From NCBI RefSeq assembly GCF_009914755.1, contig NC_060936.1: a stretch of DNA of 64,000 nucleotides; one strand, written 5' to 3'. The notes beneath the pieces were generated by a model. It searched no databases and had not been told where the DNA came from. It worked only from the letters and a program-made list of their open reading frames with translations. The DNA comes from the human T2T-CHM13v2.0 reference genome, Homo sapiens. The translations under genes and the position numbers were made by a program. How positions within the stretch are numbered: position 1 is the first letter of the stretch; each line of letters opens with the position of its first letter. Shown here in pieces: positions 20,113-47,595 of this stretch.

Positions 20113-21062
20113 AAGAAGTGTCTGTTCATGTCCTTTGTCCAATTTTTAATTGAGTTGTTTGGTTTTTTCTTGTTTATTTGTTTAAGTTCCTTATAGATTC
20201 TGGATATTAGTCCTTTGTCAGATGCATAGTTTGCAAATATTTTCTCCCATTCTATAGCTTATCTGTTTACTCTGTTGAGAATTTTTGCTGTGCAAAACTG
20301 TTTAACTAAGCCAACAAATATATGAAAAAATGTGCAACATCACTAATTATCAGAGAAATACAAATCAAAATCACAATGAGACATCTCATCTCACACCAGT
20401 CAGAATGGCCATTATTAAGTCAAAAGATAACAGATGCTGGCTTATACACTGCTGGTGGGGATGCAAATTAGTTCGGCCCCTATAGAAACCAGTTTGAACA
20501 TTTCTCAAAGAACTAAAAATGGAACTTCCATTTGACCCATCAATCTCATTACTTTGGATATACCCAAAGGAAAATTAATCATTCTAACAAAAAGACACAT
20601 GTACTTGTATGTTTATCGCAGCACTATTCACAATAGCAAAGACATGGAATCAACCCAGGTGCCCATCAATCATGGATGGGATAAAGTGTGGTACATTTCT
20701 CTTCATGGAATACACCATGAAATACAATGCAGCCATAAAAAATAATGAAATTATATTCTTTCCAACAACATGGATGTAGATGGAGGTCATTATCCCAGGC
20801 AAGCTAACACAGAAACAGAAAACCAAATACCACATGTTCTCACCTGTAAGTGGAAGCTACACTCACACAGACATAAAGATGGGAACAATAGACTCCAAAA
20901 GACGGGAGGGAGGGGGCAAAGGATGAAAAGCTTCCTATTGGGTACTATGCTCACTGTCTGGGTGACAGGATCAATAGAAGCCCAAACCTCAGCAATATAT
21001 CCTTGTAACAAACCTACATGTGTATCCTCTGAATCCAAAATAAAAATAGAGTTTTTTTTTTT
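20113..21062 (+). mobile_element. 5'-inverted (twin-primed) old L1 3' fragment (L1PA16-like)
   Basis: About 20113-20310 is antisense and 20311-21060 is sense to the 3' end. TSD AAAAAAATTACTTTT (20098-20112) / AAAAAAATGACTTTT (21063-21077). Confidence 0.8.
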
Positions 21063-22279
21063 AAAAAAATGACTTTTGGATAGCAAAAGACTTGGGGTGG
21101 TTTGAGAGAGGTAGGAATTGAGTTGGATTATGAGATACATCTGGCCATGAAAGGGTAAAAGTCCCTGTGATGTGAGATGATAAAGGGAGGAGCTTAGATT
21201 CCTTATGGAAACTGAGGTAAATAAAAAGGTAGATTATGATGGAAATGGCCCTGCTGGTCTCTTAGAGGGTGGGAGAGAGTAACCTCTAATCAGAGTCTAA
21301 TTTGAAGCACTTCATGATAGTAAGAAGGTGGTGTGCAGAGAGGGTCCATGGTGGTCTCACTAGTAGCACCTGGAGCTCTAAAATCAAAACAAGGGATGGG
21401 ACAGTATGCCTTTCCTTTAAAGTCTGCTAAAGACAGGTGGAGCGCCGAGCCAATGTTGACACCTCCATCTGTTGTACATACCCTGGCATTTTGTCGCAGG
21501 TTGCATGATTTGTGAGTCCTCTTTAGATTTTAGCCCTCTCCTTCTCCACTCTGCATTTCTGCATGAGGAGTTTTCCCACCATCACCTGGGCAGGCTATGG
21601 GACCTGAAAGGTACTATCTCAGGTCCTGTCTGCCTAAACACGCTATACCACAATTCCCACTTCACCACGACCTCCCCATGTAGGCACAGTGCTCTCTCTG
21701 AGGCTGCTCCTCCAGGGGTCTAGTTTCAAGGGAGAAGCTGGCCCTTGGTTCCTTCTGTTCTTAGATTTCTAGACATATTGGGATATTTTATATGCACCAT
21801 CACCAAAAGGAAGCAGGTCCCAGAGTTGCACACCTACACCTAATGCCTCTTCCCTAATTTTCACTTCCTGCCTCCGTATTAAAACCCTATACTTTCTTCA
21901 GAAAAACTGTTTTCATCCCTTCTAAATCTAAATGGTTTTAAATCCATGATCATTCACAAATCTTTGGTGATTTTCTAGGTCAAAGACTTTGGGAATTCAC
22001 AACAAAACCATTTCTCTCTGAAGGACCTAGCTCTTGAAATTGAAAGCCAGATTTCTCAGACCTGATTTTGAAATTCAAAGTAAAAACTGGATTCTTCTGG
22101 CCTCATTCCTTTCATCTCTAAGAATCAATGGATTTCCAATGCAATGGGTAGAAGGCAATGAAGAAGCAAAAATTCCCAGAAATTAAAATTAAAATCCCAC
22201 AACATTATCCCTCCATTTTACCATTATCGTTTGGATTGAATGGAGCCTAGTGTGTGGCTGGGAGGGAAAGCAAGTTGTC

Positions 22280-22310
22280 CGTCTATGAGGTCACAGCTGA
22301 AGTCACAAAG
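22280..22310 (+). promoter_or_regulatory. Putative C12orf54 proximal promoter: tandem CRE-like sites
   Basis: TGAGGTCA (22286-22293) and TGAAGTCA (22298-22305), about 125 bp upstream of the first strong donor. Confidence 0.5.
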
Positions 22311-22349
22311 TATTGAAAATGGCAAGGTTGATATGGGAACAGGAGGCTG

Positions 22350-22427
22350 TTGTGAGATGGGGCTCAAATAGGAAAAAGTCTAGGGGTGAAGGAGTGGGGC
22401 AAAGTGTAATTTGGGGAACCAAGCAGG
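22350..22427 (+). other. C12orf54: Probable non-coding first exon of C12orf54 (5' end approximate)
   Basis: Strong donor CAGG|GTAAGT at 22428; matching acceptor CTCTCCAG| at 23089 upstream of the ATG. Confidence 0.6.
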
Positions 22428-22906
22428 GTAAGTTTCTAGGCATAATTGACCTCGTTCTTGACTGGGGCTTGGAGGCCAAGAAGGGTGGGAGTGGGAAAAG
22501 TGGGAGGGAAACTTCTCAAAGGAGGATTTGTCTCCTGTCTGGGCCACTGCCTATGAGCCCTTCTTCTCTACAAAGCACTTTAAGGCTGGAGCTGATGGCC
22601 CTCCATCCTGAAACTCCTCTATCCTTAGTTAACCATGAAAATTCTGACTGAGGTGGGAGGGGGTGGGGTATTTGACAATCTTGCATTCACTCTACACTAT
22701 TTCCTGTCCTTGCCTGAACTCAAAGACCCTTTGGCCAATCCCCCATCCCCAATCTCAGCCAACTTATTTTTCACTTAGATTCTCTCTTTTTTTTTTCGTC
22801 TACTTCCTCACTGCAATTTCTGTTGTTACTGACAAAGACTATAGGAAGATTTTACCCAGGGCAAATACTTCCTTCCTCTTACCCTCCTCTTACCTTCATC
22901 TTTCCT

Positions 22907-22976
22907 TATGCATATGTACATGCATATGCACACATACATGCACATATATGCAAGCACACACATGCACATGCACACT
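22907..22976. repeat. Alternating purine-pyrimidine (TGCA/CA/TA) simple repeat
   Basis: TATGCATATGTACATGCATATGCACACATACATGCAC... Confidence 0.85.
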
Positions 22977-23146
22977 CACCCATTCAAAATACAAATGCTC
23001 CATTAACTGCTGGTAGTTCTCCACTGAATAAGCGCTTTTCTTCTCACCATGTACCTGCCTTCTCCGCATATTCATTTATGCCTCTCCAGGGCCTGGAGCT
23101 ATCTCCATCTTCAGCTCCAGAGCCCTTGGTTTCTGTCTGAGAACAA

Positions 23147-34785
<11,639 letters not shown>

Positions 34786-35945
34786 CTCTACAATCAAGGA
34801 AGAAGGACATCTCTGCTTCCGCCAGGTGCTTTACCCAAGCAGCCTTTCCCCTGAGCTCCACCCTGCCCATCTGTGGTAGTCAGGAACCCAGGCCTCTTAG
34901 GCCCTCATCCCAACATGGCAGGGCAGCACCCCATGAAGCAGGTGCAGTCATACAAGGGGCAATAGGGTGAGAGGGTGGACAAGTGAAGGCAGGGCTAGGC
35001 CAGGTTCTTTTGGTCTCTGTGGTCAAGACAAAGGGCCAGAGTGCATCAAGTATGGACAGTTTTATACAAGGATCAAAACAAAGATCCAAACAGAGTGCAT
35101 CAGGTGTGGATAGTGTTCAGGAATCAGGGACAGACAATTGTTGGATAAAGAGATGGAAAGGTGGAAAGTTTTAAAATACATTAATAAATGTGAGTCCTAT
35201 AATTCCCTCTGGAAAGTGCTCTAGAAACTTGCACTACTTTGGGGGCTTAATTCAGTGTCAAGAGTCAGACACAGTCTATCCTTTATAGACTCCCTTGTCC
35301 GGGTTTTCTTTCCTAAAGTACTTGAGTATGCTTCCCCAAAGGCACTGTTTAAGTGACAGGCCATTTCCTCAACCCTTTTCACTCTCCTGCTCCATAGGCT
35401 CATCTGACACCTAACCCACCTGGAGAAGAAGACTGTCTCAGGTGCTCACCCTGTGGCAGAGACTATGCTAGCCACACCCTCTATATGGCCTTCTCTAGGG
35501 CTCATTAGGAATTCCTTTTAAGAAACAATCTGAGTTATAGGTGATGGAGAAAATTGGTTTCATCCACCTGTGTCTAAGTACAGTGACTCTATGTATTTTC
35601 TTGAATAGTCCCCTTTCAAATATTTTATCCTGTTTCCCCCACAAATCATCAAAATACACAAAGTATTTCCATATTTTATCATTAAGATTATATTTTGCTG
35701 AATGTAATACATACACTCACAAAACCTCTATTAAAACCCAGTTTGGGTTCAGATTGTAAGGCAGGAAGCTTCCTTCCTCTAGTACGACATAGACAGCAAG
35801 TGTAGGACAGCAAAATTCCTGATGTGGAAACTACACAGAGAATATTGTCTACAACTAATGGATCTCCTCCTTAGTTCCTGTTGGATATCTTGGGATGGGG
35901 TCATGAGGGTAGAAGCGTCACCACGAGGACTGCTTTTACTCTCAG

Positions 35946-36370
35946 GGTCACCTGCCTAGTAAATTGTCCAGCAGGGAGGAGAATAAATTTCTTTTATTCC
36001 CATCCATATGACTATGTCATCTACAGCACAGCTTCAGTTGGGGAAGATATTAGCAGACATCATCACTGAACCCAGAAGAGAGGGTGGTGCCCATGAGTGG
36101 AGATGCCAGGGTCTATGGCTGAAACTGGGAACTTGGAAATCAAGTGAGACCCAAGCAAGGAAACCAACTGCCAAAGCAAGGAAACCAGCTTGGTTTGGCA
36201 AACAGCTGATGAAATAAATGTGACGTAGAAGACTTGCCTTCCTGGTTCTTCCTGGGCTGTGGAATGGGTAGTGATAGAATTTCCAAGTATGATAGTGCAT
36301 TTGGTTCAAAGAACAGCACTGTAGCATGGGAGAACCTGCACTATAATGTCATAAACTCAATCTGACTTTG
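35946..36370 (+). other. C12orf54: Possible terminal 3'UTR exon of C12orf54 (boundaries uncertain)
   Basis: Candidate acceptors at 35945, 36026 and 36031. AATAAA at 36213-36218; CATAAA at 36350-36355 followed by GT-rich sequence. Confidence 0.45.
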
Positions 36371-36384
36371 TCTGAGTTTTTCTT

Positions 36385-36478
36385 CTTTGTGGGCCTCAGT
36401 TTCCTCTCCCATAAAGTAAGTAGCTGTTACTAGAAAATGCTGAAGGTGCCTTTCATTTCCAGTATCCTGTGATCTGGA
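36385..36478 (+). mobile_element. MIR remnant
   Basis: GGGCCTCAGTTTCCTC core. Confidence 0.55.
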
Positions 36479-36994
36479 TGGTCTCACAGTCTACCACTTA
36501 AAGATAGTTACTCCCAGCCTGTGAAAAGACCACCTAGTACAAAAGTATTTCCTACAAGAAAGGACTATTTAGGGTATTTGTCAAAGATGGTAATCTTTGC
36601 ATATATAAATGTGCATATCACATAACTGGTAAAGTAGAATTTTTATTTCTTTCCTTTTAAACAAAATCTGAACAAATGAACATAATATATTAAATATTCT
36701 ATCATGTAAGATTTAACCCCTGAAGTAAGAATTTTTCACAACACCAGCAAAATAATAATCAGAACACATTATGGCAATAAGGTAACTTCATAAAAATCTT
36801 CTCCTCATAGATGTTGACTTGGCATTTGTTAACATAAAATTTTATTTTTTTAATTAACACTTTAAAAATTAAATTACCTGATCAGGAGACACTGTAATTA
36901 TTGGATTATATTGAAAACAAAACCAGACAAGGGTGCCCTCTATTTTCATGCTAGCTCAACAGTATTAAAAATGTTGTCAGTGTTTTCCATTTCT

Positions 36995-37327
<333 letters not shown>

Positions 37328-37420
37328 TAAAAACACTTAAATATAAAATCCCAGCAAGATATTTTATACCAATAGGTAGCAAAATTCATCCAGAAGCATA
37401 AGACAAAATGTCCAAAAACA

Positions 37421-37720
<300 letters not shown>

Positions 37721-37934
37721 AATGTCCAAAAACAAATCAAGGTATTAATGGAGTTACCTTCAAATTTTTACTTCTCAAAGTTACAGCCACTGAAGTTATA
37801 TTGTATCATATTAAAAGGCAGAAATAATTAGTGGAATAGAAATGCAATTTGTGATCCAGAAAAGTTTCAGCCTGTGATAGTCAAAAATTCCTAATCAAGA
37901 AGGATTAGAAGGGCTCATTAATAAATGATATTGA

Positions 37935-38242
<308 letters not shown>

Positions 38243-39585
38243 TCATTTACACAGAAAATATTGTCTATCGTGAGTCAGATACTGAGCTTAAAGAACATGG
38301 AGTAAAGAAATTGCTACTGGTAAAATATCTCCTGTATGAATGGCGTTAAGTGAGGAAGCACTAATGTCACTGAGGATAATCAAGGATGATCCAGGACTTG
38401 AACTGGAGCAACTGGATGAAAGGAAGCAACACATTACTAGAAATTGAGACGACTGAGAGGAAGAGACTTTGGAGGTGAAAACAAAAATTTACTTTTGGAA
38501 ATATGTTTGAGAGTCTATGAGACATCAAAGCAGAGACTTCAAACACATTGTTAGACAGATGAATCTGCACTGCAAAGGAAAGATTTAGGAGCTTTTTCAA
38601 CCACCTAGTCATTACACTCATTTGCTTTTGTTACCATGCCTTCATTCCTGGGCTAAGAGGTGGGGAGGATATTCACAAGTTTCCTAAATTTTAAGGGAAA
38701 AGAATGTAGCCCCTAGAGAGTATTAAGGACTTTTGGGGAGGAGACCCATGGTGAAAGTAGGGCTTTGAAGGAGCCAGGACAATGGAGGAGAGCAGGTTTT
38801 ACAAATCAATAATGATCAGACCGAATTGGCATGGGGGGTTTCCTGCATTACAGTGTGTATGCGAGTGTGCCCTTGGCGCACATCCTCATTGCCTAGCACA
38901 CCAGTCTGTGATCCCAAATTGATTAGCCTAGAATAAGCCTGAAAAAAAAGTAGCTTTCTACCTATTTGCTTAAGTATCAATGACATAGGGACAAGGGAAT
39001 CAGTACATCAGAAGTAACACATTAAAAATGTCATTAAATTAAGAGAAAAGACTGATTTCTAACATTGTTGCCATATTTCAACATAGTTCTGAATGTTCTA
39101 GACAACAAAATATCCAAAAAAGGAAAAGAAAAAATAAGTGGAGGTCTAAACATTGGATAGGGCGAGATGATATGTAGGAAAGCATGAAGGTGGTCCACTT
39201 GTCTACTTGGATGCCCTCTCCACGTGCCTATCTATAGGGACGTCCTCTACTTGTGCACTAGGTCCATAATGCATCAAGCCTTCTCAAAAGCATTGCTCCC
39301 ACAATTCTCCCCTTTTTTCCTGAATCATTTTTTCTTTCTTGTTGCTGTTGCAATTATTTCAATATCATCTATATATATGCTATAATTTCTCCCATTTCTC
39401 ACCACTTCCACTCTTTTCTCTATTAACAGAACTCCTCTAGCTTATGCTTAGAGCTTTGTGTGATATGTCTTTTTCTATCCTTTTACTTTTAATCTATGTG
39501 TTTTATATTTATATTTAAATCATATTTATATTTCAAACTTATATTTGAGTCTTGCTTTTTTATTCATTCTAAAATTTCTACCTTT

Positions 39586-41587
39586 TTTTTTTTTTTTTAT
39601 TGATCATTCTTGGGTGTTTCTCACAGAGGGGGATTTGGCAGGGTCAGGACAATAGTGGAGGGAAGGTCAGCAGATAAACAAGTGAACAAAGGTCTCTGGT
39701 TTTCCTAGGCAGAGGACCCTGTGGCCTTCTGCAGTGTTTGTGTCCCTGGGTACTTGAGATTAGGGAGTGGTGATGACTCTTAACGAGCATGCTGCCTTCA
39801 AGCATCTGTTTAACAAAGCACATCTTGCACCGCCCTTAATCCATTTAACCCTGAGTGGACACAGCACATGTTTCAGTGAGCACAGGGTTGGGAGTAAGGT
39901 CACAGATCAACAGGATCCCAAGGCAGAAGAATTTTTCTTAGTACAGAACAAAATGAAAAGTCTCCCATGTCTACTTCTTTCTACACAGACAGGGCAACCA
40001 TCCGATTTCTCAATCTTTTCCCCACCTTTCCCCCCTTTCTATTCCACAAAGCCGCCATTGTCATCCTGGCCTGTTCTCAATGAGCTGTTGGGCACACCTC
40101 CCAGACGGGGTGGTGGCCGGGCAGAGGGGCTCCTCACTTCCCAGTAGGAGCGGCCGGGCAGAGGCGCCCCTCACCTCCCGGACGGGGCGGCTGGCCGGGC
40201 GGGTGGCCGACCCCCCCACCTCCCTCCTGGATGGGGCGGCTGGCCCGGCGGAGGGGCTCCTCACTTCCCAGTAGGGGCGGCCGGGCAGAGGCGCCCCTCA
40301 CCTCCCGGACGGGACTGCTGGCCGGGCGGGGAGCTGACCCCCCCACCTCCCTCCCGGACGGGGTGGCTGGCCGGGCAGAGGGGCTCCTCACTTCCCAGTA
40401 GGGGCGGCCGGGCAGAGGCGCCCCTCACCTCCCGGACGGGACTGCTGGCCGGGCGGGGAGCTGACCCCCCCACCTCCCTCCCGGACGGGGTGGCTGGCCG
40501 GGCAGAGGGGCTCCTCACTTCCCAGTAGGGGCGGCCAGGCAGAGGCGCCCCTCACCTCCCGGACGGGGTGGCTGGCCGGGTGGGGGGCTGACCCCCCCAC
40601 CTCCCGGACAGGGCGGCTGGCCGGGCGGGGGGCTAACGCCCCCACCTCCCTCCCGGACGGGGCGGCTGACCTGGCGGGGGGCTGACCCCCCCACCTCCCT
40701 CCCGGACGGGGTGGCTGCCGGGCGGAGACACTCCTCACTTCCCAGACGGGGTGGCTGCCAGGCGGAGAGGCTCCTCACTTATCAGACGGGGCGGCTGTCA
40801 GGCGGAGGGGCTCCTCACTTCTCAGACGGGGCGGTTGCCAGGCAGAGGGTCTCCTCACTTCTCAGACAGGGCGGCCGGGCAGAGACGCTCCTCACCTCCG
40901 AGACAGGGTTGCGGCCGGGCAGAGGCGCTCCTCACATCCCAGACAGGGCGGCGGGGCAGAGGCGCGCCCCACATCTCAGACAATGGGCGGCCGGGCAGAG
41001 ACGCTCCTCACTTCCTAGATGGGATGGCGGCAGGGCGGAGACGCTCCTCACTTTCCAGACTGGGCAGCCAGGGAGAGGGGCTCCTCACATCCCAGAGGAT
41101 GGGTGGCCAGGCAGAGACGCTCCTCACTTCCCAGACGGGGTGGCGGCCGGGCAGAGGCTGCAATCTCCGCACTTTGGGAGGCCAAGGCAGGAGGCTGGAA
41201 GGTGGAGATTGTAGCGAGCCGAGATCACACCACTGCACTCCAGCCTGGGCACCATTGAGCACTGAGTGAGCGAGACTCCGTCTGCAATCCCGGCACCTCG
41301 GGAGGCCGAGGCTGGCGGATCACTCGTGGTTAGGAGCTGGAGACTGGCCGGCCAACACAGCGAAACCCCGTCTCCACCAAAAAAATATAAAAACCAGTCA
41401 GGCTTGGTAGCGCGTGCCTGCAATCGCAGGCACTCGGCAGGCTGAGGCAGGAGAATCAGGCAGGGAGGTTGCAGTGAGCCGAGATGGCAGCAGTAGTCCA
41501 GCTTCGGCTCAGCATGAGAGGGAGACCGTGGAAGGAGAGGGAGACCGTGGGGAGAAGGAGAGGGAGAGGGAGAGGGAGAGGGAGAGC
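39586..41587 (-). mobile_element. Full-length SVA (SVA_D-like)
   Basis: Poly-T, SINE-R, GC-rich VNTR, Alu-like domain and (CCCTCT)n head. TSD AAATTTCTACCTTT at 39572-39585 and 41588-41601. Confidence 0.97.
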
Positions 41588-41599
41588 AAATTTCTACCT

Positions 41600-43185
<1,586 letters not shown>

Positions 43186-44713
43186 CGTAGCAATATAATA
43201 TTAAAAGCCTGGGAGGTTTTTCATAGAAATTTGCAAGCTGATTCTAAAATGCATAGGGCAAAGCAAAGACCCTATAACAGCCAAAACTATGAGAACAAAG
43301 TTGAAGGACATATTACTTCATTTCAGGACCTACTCTAAGCCATGTAATCGATGTATACAGGATCAACATACAGAAAACTACAAAATCATGATTTTAAAAA
43401 CCAAAGAAGATATAAATAAATTGGAGAAGACACAAATAAATAGAAAGATTCTGTGTTCATGGATTGAAGACTCAATATTGTTAGGATGTCCATTTTTCCC
43501 AATTTGATCTATAGATTGAATGCAGTATCAATCAAAATCCCAGAAGCTATTTTATAGCTATTAATGAACTAGCCCTAAATTTTATTTGGAAAGGCAAAAG
43601 CCATAGAGTAGCCAATACAATATTGAAGAATAACAAAGTAGGGGGACTCACACCATCTGATGTCAAGACCTACAGATGGCGAATAAGCAGATGAAAAGAT
43701 GCTCAACATTATAAGTTATTAGGGAATTGCTAATAAAAACAACAAAGAGATACCACTACACACCTATTAGAATGGCTGCAATCCAAAAAACTGACACTAT
43801 CAAATTCTTGGGAGGGATGTGGAGCAGCAGGAACTCTCATTCATTGCTGGTCAGAATGCAAAAAATGCAAAATGGTACAGGCACTTTGATAGTTTGACAG
43901 TCTCTTACAAAATTAAACATAATCTTACCATACCATCCAGCATTTATGCTTCTAGGTATTTATCCAACTGAGTTGAAAAATGTATGTTCACATAAAATCT
44001 CCACATGAATATTTATGGCAGCTTTACAGTCAATCCTCCTTACCTGCAGGTTTTATATTTGTGATTCACCTATTTTCTAAAATTAACTTGTAACCCCAAA
44101 ATCAATGCTCATGATACTTTTGTGGTCATTCAAAGATGTGCAGAGAGTAGTGAAAAATTTGAGTCACCTGAAGTGGACGTTCCCAACTGAGCTTGAGCAA
44201 CTGAGCTTCCCAACTCTGCCTTCTTGTTTCAATTCTCATATTGTAGACAAGTAACTCTTTTGCAGTCGATTTAGTGCCACATTTTTTATGCATTTATGTT
44301 TTTTGTTGGTGATTTCACTGTTTAAAATGGTCCCCAAGCATAGTGCTGAAGTGCTGTCTAGTATTTCTAAGTACAAGAAGCCTGTGATGAGCTTTACAAA
44401 GACAATACCTATGCTAGATAGGTCTGAATCAGGCAAAAGTTACAGTGTGGTTGGCCATGAATTCAATGTTAGTGAATAAGCATATGTACATCCAGACAAA
44501 GGAATAGGAAATTCACTGATCTGTATGTGAGGTCCTATGGAAAGTGCTAAAATAACAGGACAAAGCTATGGGAAAGATAGAAAAGCAACTAAATTTGTAA
44601 ATTTATGAAATGATTAGCAATATTTAAAATGCATAGTGCCCTCTCACCCCTCCTTTTCAACATCATTCTGGAAGTCCTAATGCAGTAAGACAAAAGTAAA
44701 ATTAAAGTATTTA

Positions 44714-44764
44714 TGTGTGTGTGTGTGTGTGTATAATACATATGTGTGTGTATATATATATATG
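44714..44764. repeat. (TG)n/(TA)n compound microsatellite
   Basis: Direct inspection. Confidence 0.9.
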
Positions 44765-47451
44765 AGGAAGAAGTAAAACTATCTTTGTTCACAGATAATA
44801 TGATCATCTATGTAAAAAAATCCAAAAGATTGATGTAAAGACTGCTGGAACTAACAAGCAATTATTGCAAGGTTGCAGGATGCAAGATTAATATACAAAA
44901 GTCAATCACTTTCCTATATTTCATCAATGTAAAAATTGAATTTGAAGTTAAAAACACAATATCATTTACATTAGCACCCCCAAAAAAGAAAACTACAAAA
45001 CTGGTGAAATAAATCAAACCATAACTAAATAGAGAGATATACCATGTTTGTGAATAAAAAGACTCAATATTGTCAATAAGTCAATCTTTTCAAGTTGATC
45101 TATAGATTCAACCTATGTCAATCTATTGACTGATTTATAGATTGAATCTATAGATTCAATGCAATCCCAACCAAATCCCAGAAAGTTATTTTGTGACTAT
45201 CAACAAACTGACTGTCTAGTTTATATGGAGAGGCAAAATGCCCAAGATAACCAGGATAACCAACAATATTGAGGGAGAAAAATAAATGAGAGGACTGACA
45301 CTACCTAACTTCAAGACTTACTATAAAGCTATAAATATCCAGATAGTGTGGTATTGGACAAAGGGACAAATAGACAAATAGATTACTGGAATAGAATATA
45401 TATATACAGCCCAGACATAGATCCACATAAATATGGTCAACCGATCTTTGACAAAGGAGCAAAGGCAATGCAATGGAGAAAACATAATCTTTTCAACAAA
45501 TGATTTTGGAACAACTGGACATCTACATGCAATAAAATGAATCTAGACACAGGCTTTATGCCCTTCACAAAAATTAACCTAAAAATGAATCAAATGCCTA
45601 AATGTTAAAGACAAAACTCTAAAACTCCTAGAATATAACACAGGAGAAAGTCTAAATGATTTGGGGTATGAAGATAACTTTTTAGATGCAACATCAAAGG
45701 CATGATCCATGGACATAATCATTGATCAGCTAGACTTCATTAAAATTCAGAATTTCTCCTTTCAGAAAGATGTTGTCAAGGGAATGAGAAGACAAACCAC
45801 AGACTGGGAGAAAATAATTGCAAAAGACATATTCCATAAGGGACTATTATCCAAAATATACAAAGAACAATAAGAAAATGAACAATGCAATTTAAAAATG
45901 GGCAAAAGGACAGACACCTCACTAAAAAATAAATACAGATGGAAAATAATCATCTAAAAAGATGCTCCATATAAATGTCATTAGGTAATTGCAAATTAAA
46001 ACAACAATGAGATACCACTACACACCTGTTAGAATAGCCAAAGTCCAAAATACTGACAACACCAAATTCTTGTGAGGATGTGAAGCAACGGAAATTCTCA
46101 TTCACTGCTGGTGGGGATGCAAAATGGTATGGTCACTTTGGAAGATAGTTTGTCAGTTTCTTAAAAAACTAAACATACTCTTACCATATAATCATTTGGG
46201 TATTTACTCAAATTAGTCAAAAGTGTATATCCACACAAAACCTTGCACATGGACGTTTATAGCCACTTTATTCATAGTTGCCAAAAATTGGAATCAAACA
46301 AGATGACCTTCAGTTGAGAAGTAGATAAACTGTCATACATCTAAACAACAGAATATTATTCAACCCTAACACTAAAAAGAAATGAGCAATCAAGACATAA
46401 AAACACATGAAGGAAACTTAAACGCATATTACCAGGCAAAAGAAGCTACTCTGGAAAGGGTTCATAGAGGATGGTTCCAACTATATGACACTCTAGAAAA
46501 GACAAAACTATGGAGACAGTGAAAAGATCAATGGTTGCCAGGGGTTGTGGGGAGGGAGGGATGAGTAGGCAGAGCACAGAGGATTTTTAGGGCAGTGACA
46601 ACATTTTGTATGATGTTATAATGGCAGATACATGTCAGTATACATTTGTCAAAATCATAGAATGTACACCAAGAATGAATCTTAATGTAAACTATAGATT
46701 TTGGGTGATAATGATGTATCAATGTATGTTAATTAATTATAATGAAAGGACCACTCTAGTGTGGGATATTGATAGTTGGGGAGGCTGTGCATGTTTAGGG
46801 ACAGAGGTATATGAGAACTTTATACAATTTCAGCTCAATTTTGCTATGTGTTGGGAGAAAAGCTGAGGCAAGACTTGCTAGTCTGACATAATATAAAAAG
46901 AGTCTTGGAACATGTCCTGGGTCCAGAGTTTAAAACCTCTTGTGCCCTATGGAACACCAAGCTCTGTGCTTAAGGGTGGAAGGCTGCCCTGCTGCATTAC
47001 AACCTAAGCCCAGGGCATAAAACCCCTCATGGCTTGAATGGAATCCAGGGCTCAGGGCATAAAACCCCCCATGGCCTCTGGAATGTGTCTAGACTTGCTG
47101 GCTCCTTGCTTCTAGCAGTTCCAGTCACATAGATTGATTGCATCTTAAACTAGAAGAACATGTTTCCCGTTATCTCCATATGCTTCAGAGAAAATGCTAA
47201 ACCATCACAGCTGTAGATCACGCACTTGATGAATCACTACCTTTCAACCCCCACATCCTCACCACCTGTTTGTTTGATCACCAATAAATAGCGTGGGGTC
47301 CCAGAGCTCGGGGCCTTCACAGCCTCCATACTAGCATTGGCTCCTGGACCAACACTATGTACTCTTTAACTTGTCTTGTGTCATTCCTTTGACTCCACTG
47401 GACTTCATAGCCCCCATGGCCTGGTGTTGGGTCTGATCACCCCAACATCCC

Positions 47452-47469
47452 TGGTGCCCAATGTGGGGC
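47452..47469 (+). promoter_or_regulatory. Primer-binding site for tRNA-Lys(CUU)
   Basis: TGGTGCCCAATGTGGGGC equals TGGCGCCCAACGTGGGGC with two CpG decays. Confidence 0.85.
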
Positions 47470-47595
47470 GACGAAGATTCTGGCAATGGAATGCTAGAGC
47501 GTGTGGAAGTGGAGGACGCATCATCAGAGGACACCCGAGGATGACTGAAGGAAGCTCAGCAGGTAAGCTGGGTGCTCAGAAGAACCAGAGTAACT

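Noticed and set aside
47022-47085. Repeated CAGGGCATAAAACCCC units in the HERV LTR
   Set aside because: Likely native U3 repeats of this LTR family, not locus-specific.
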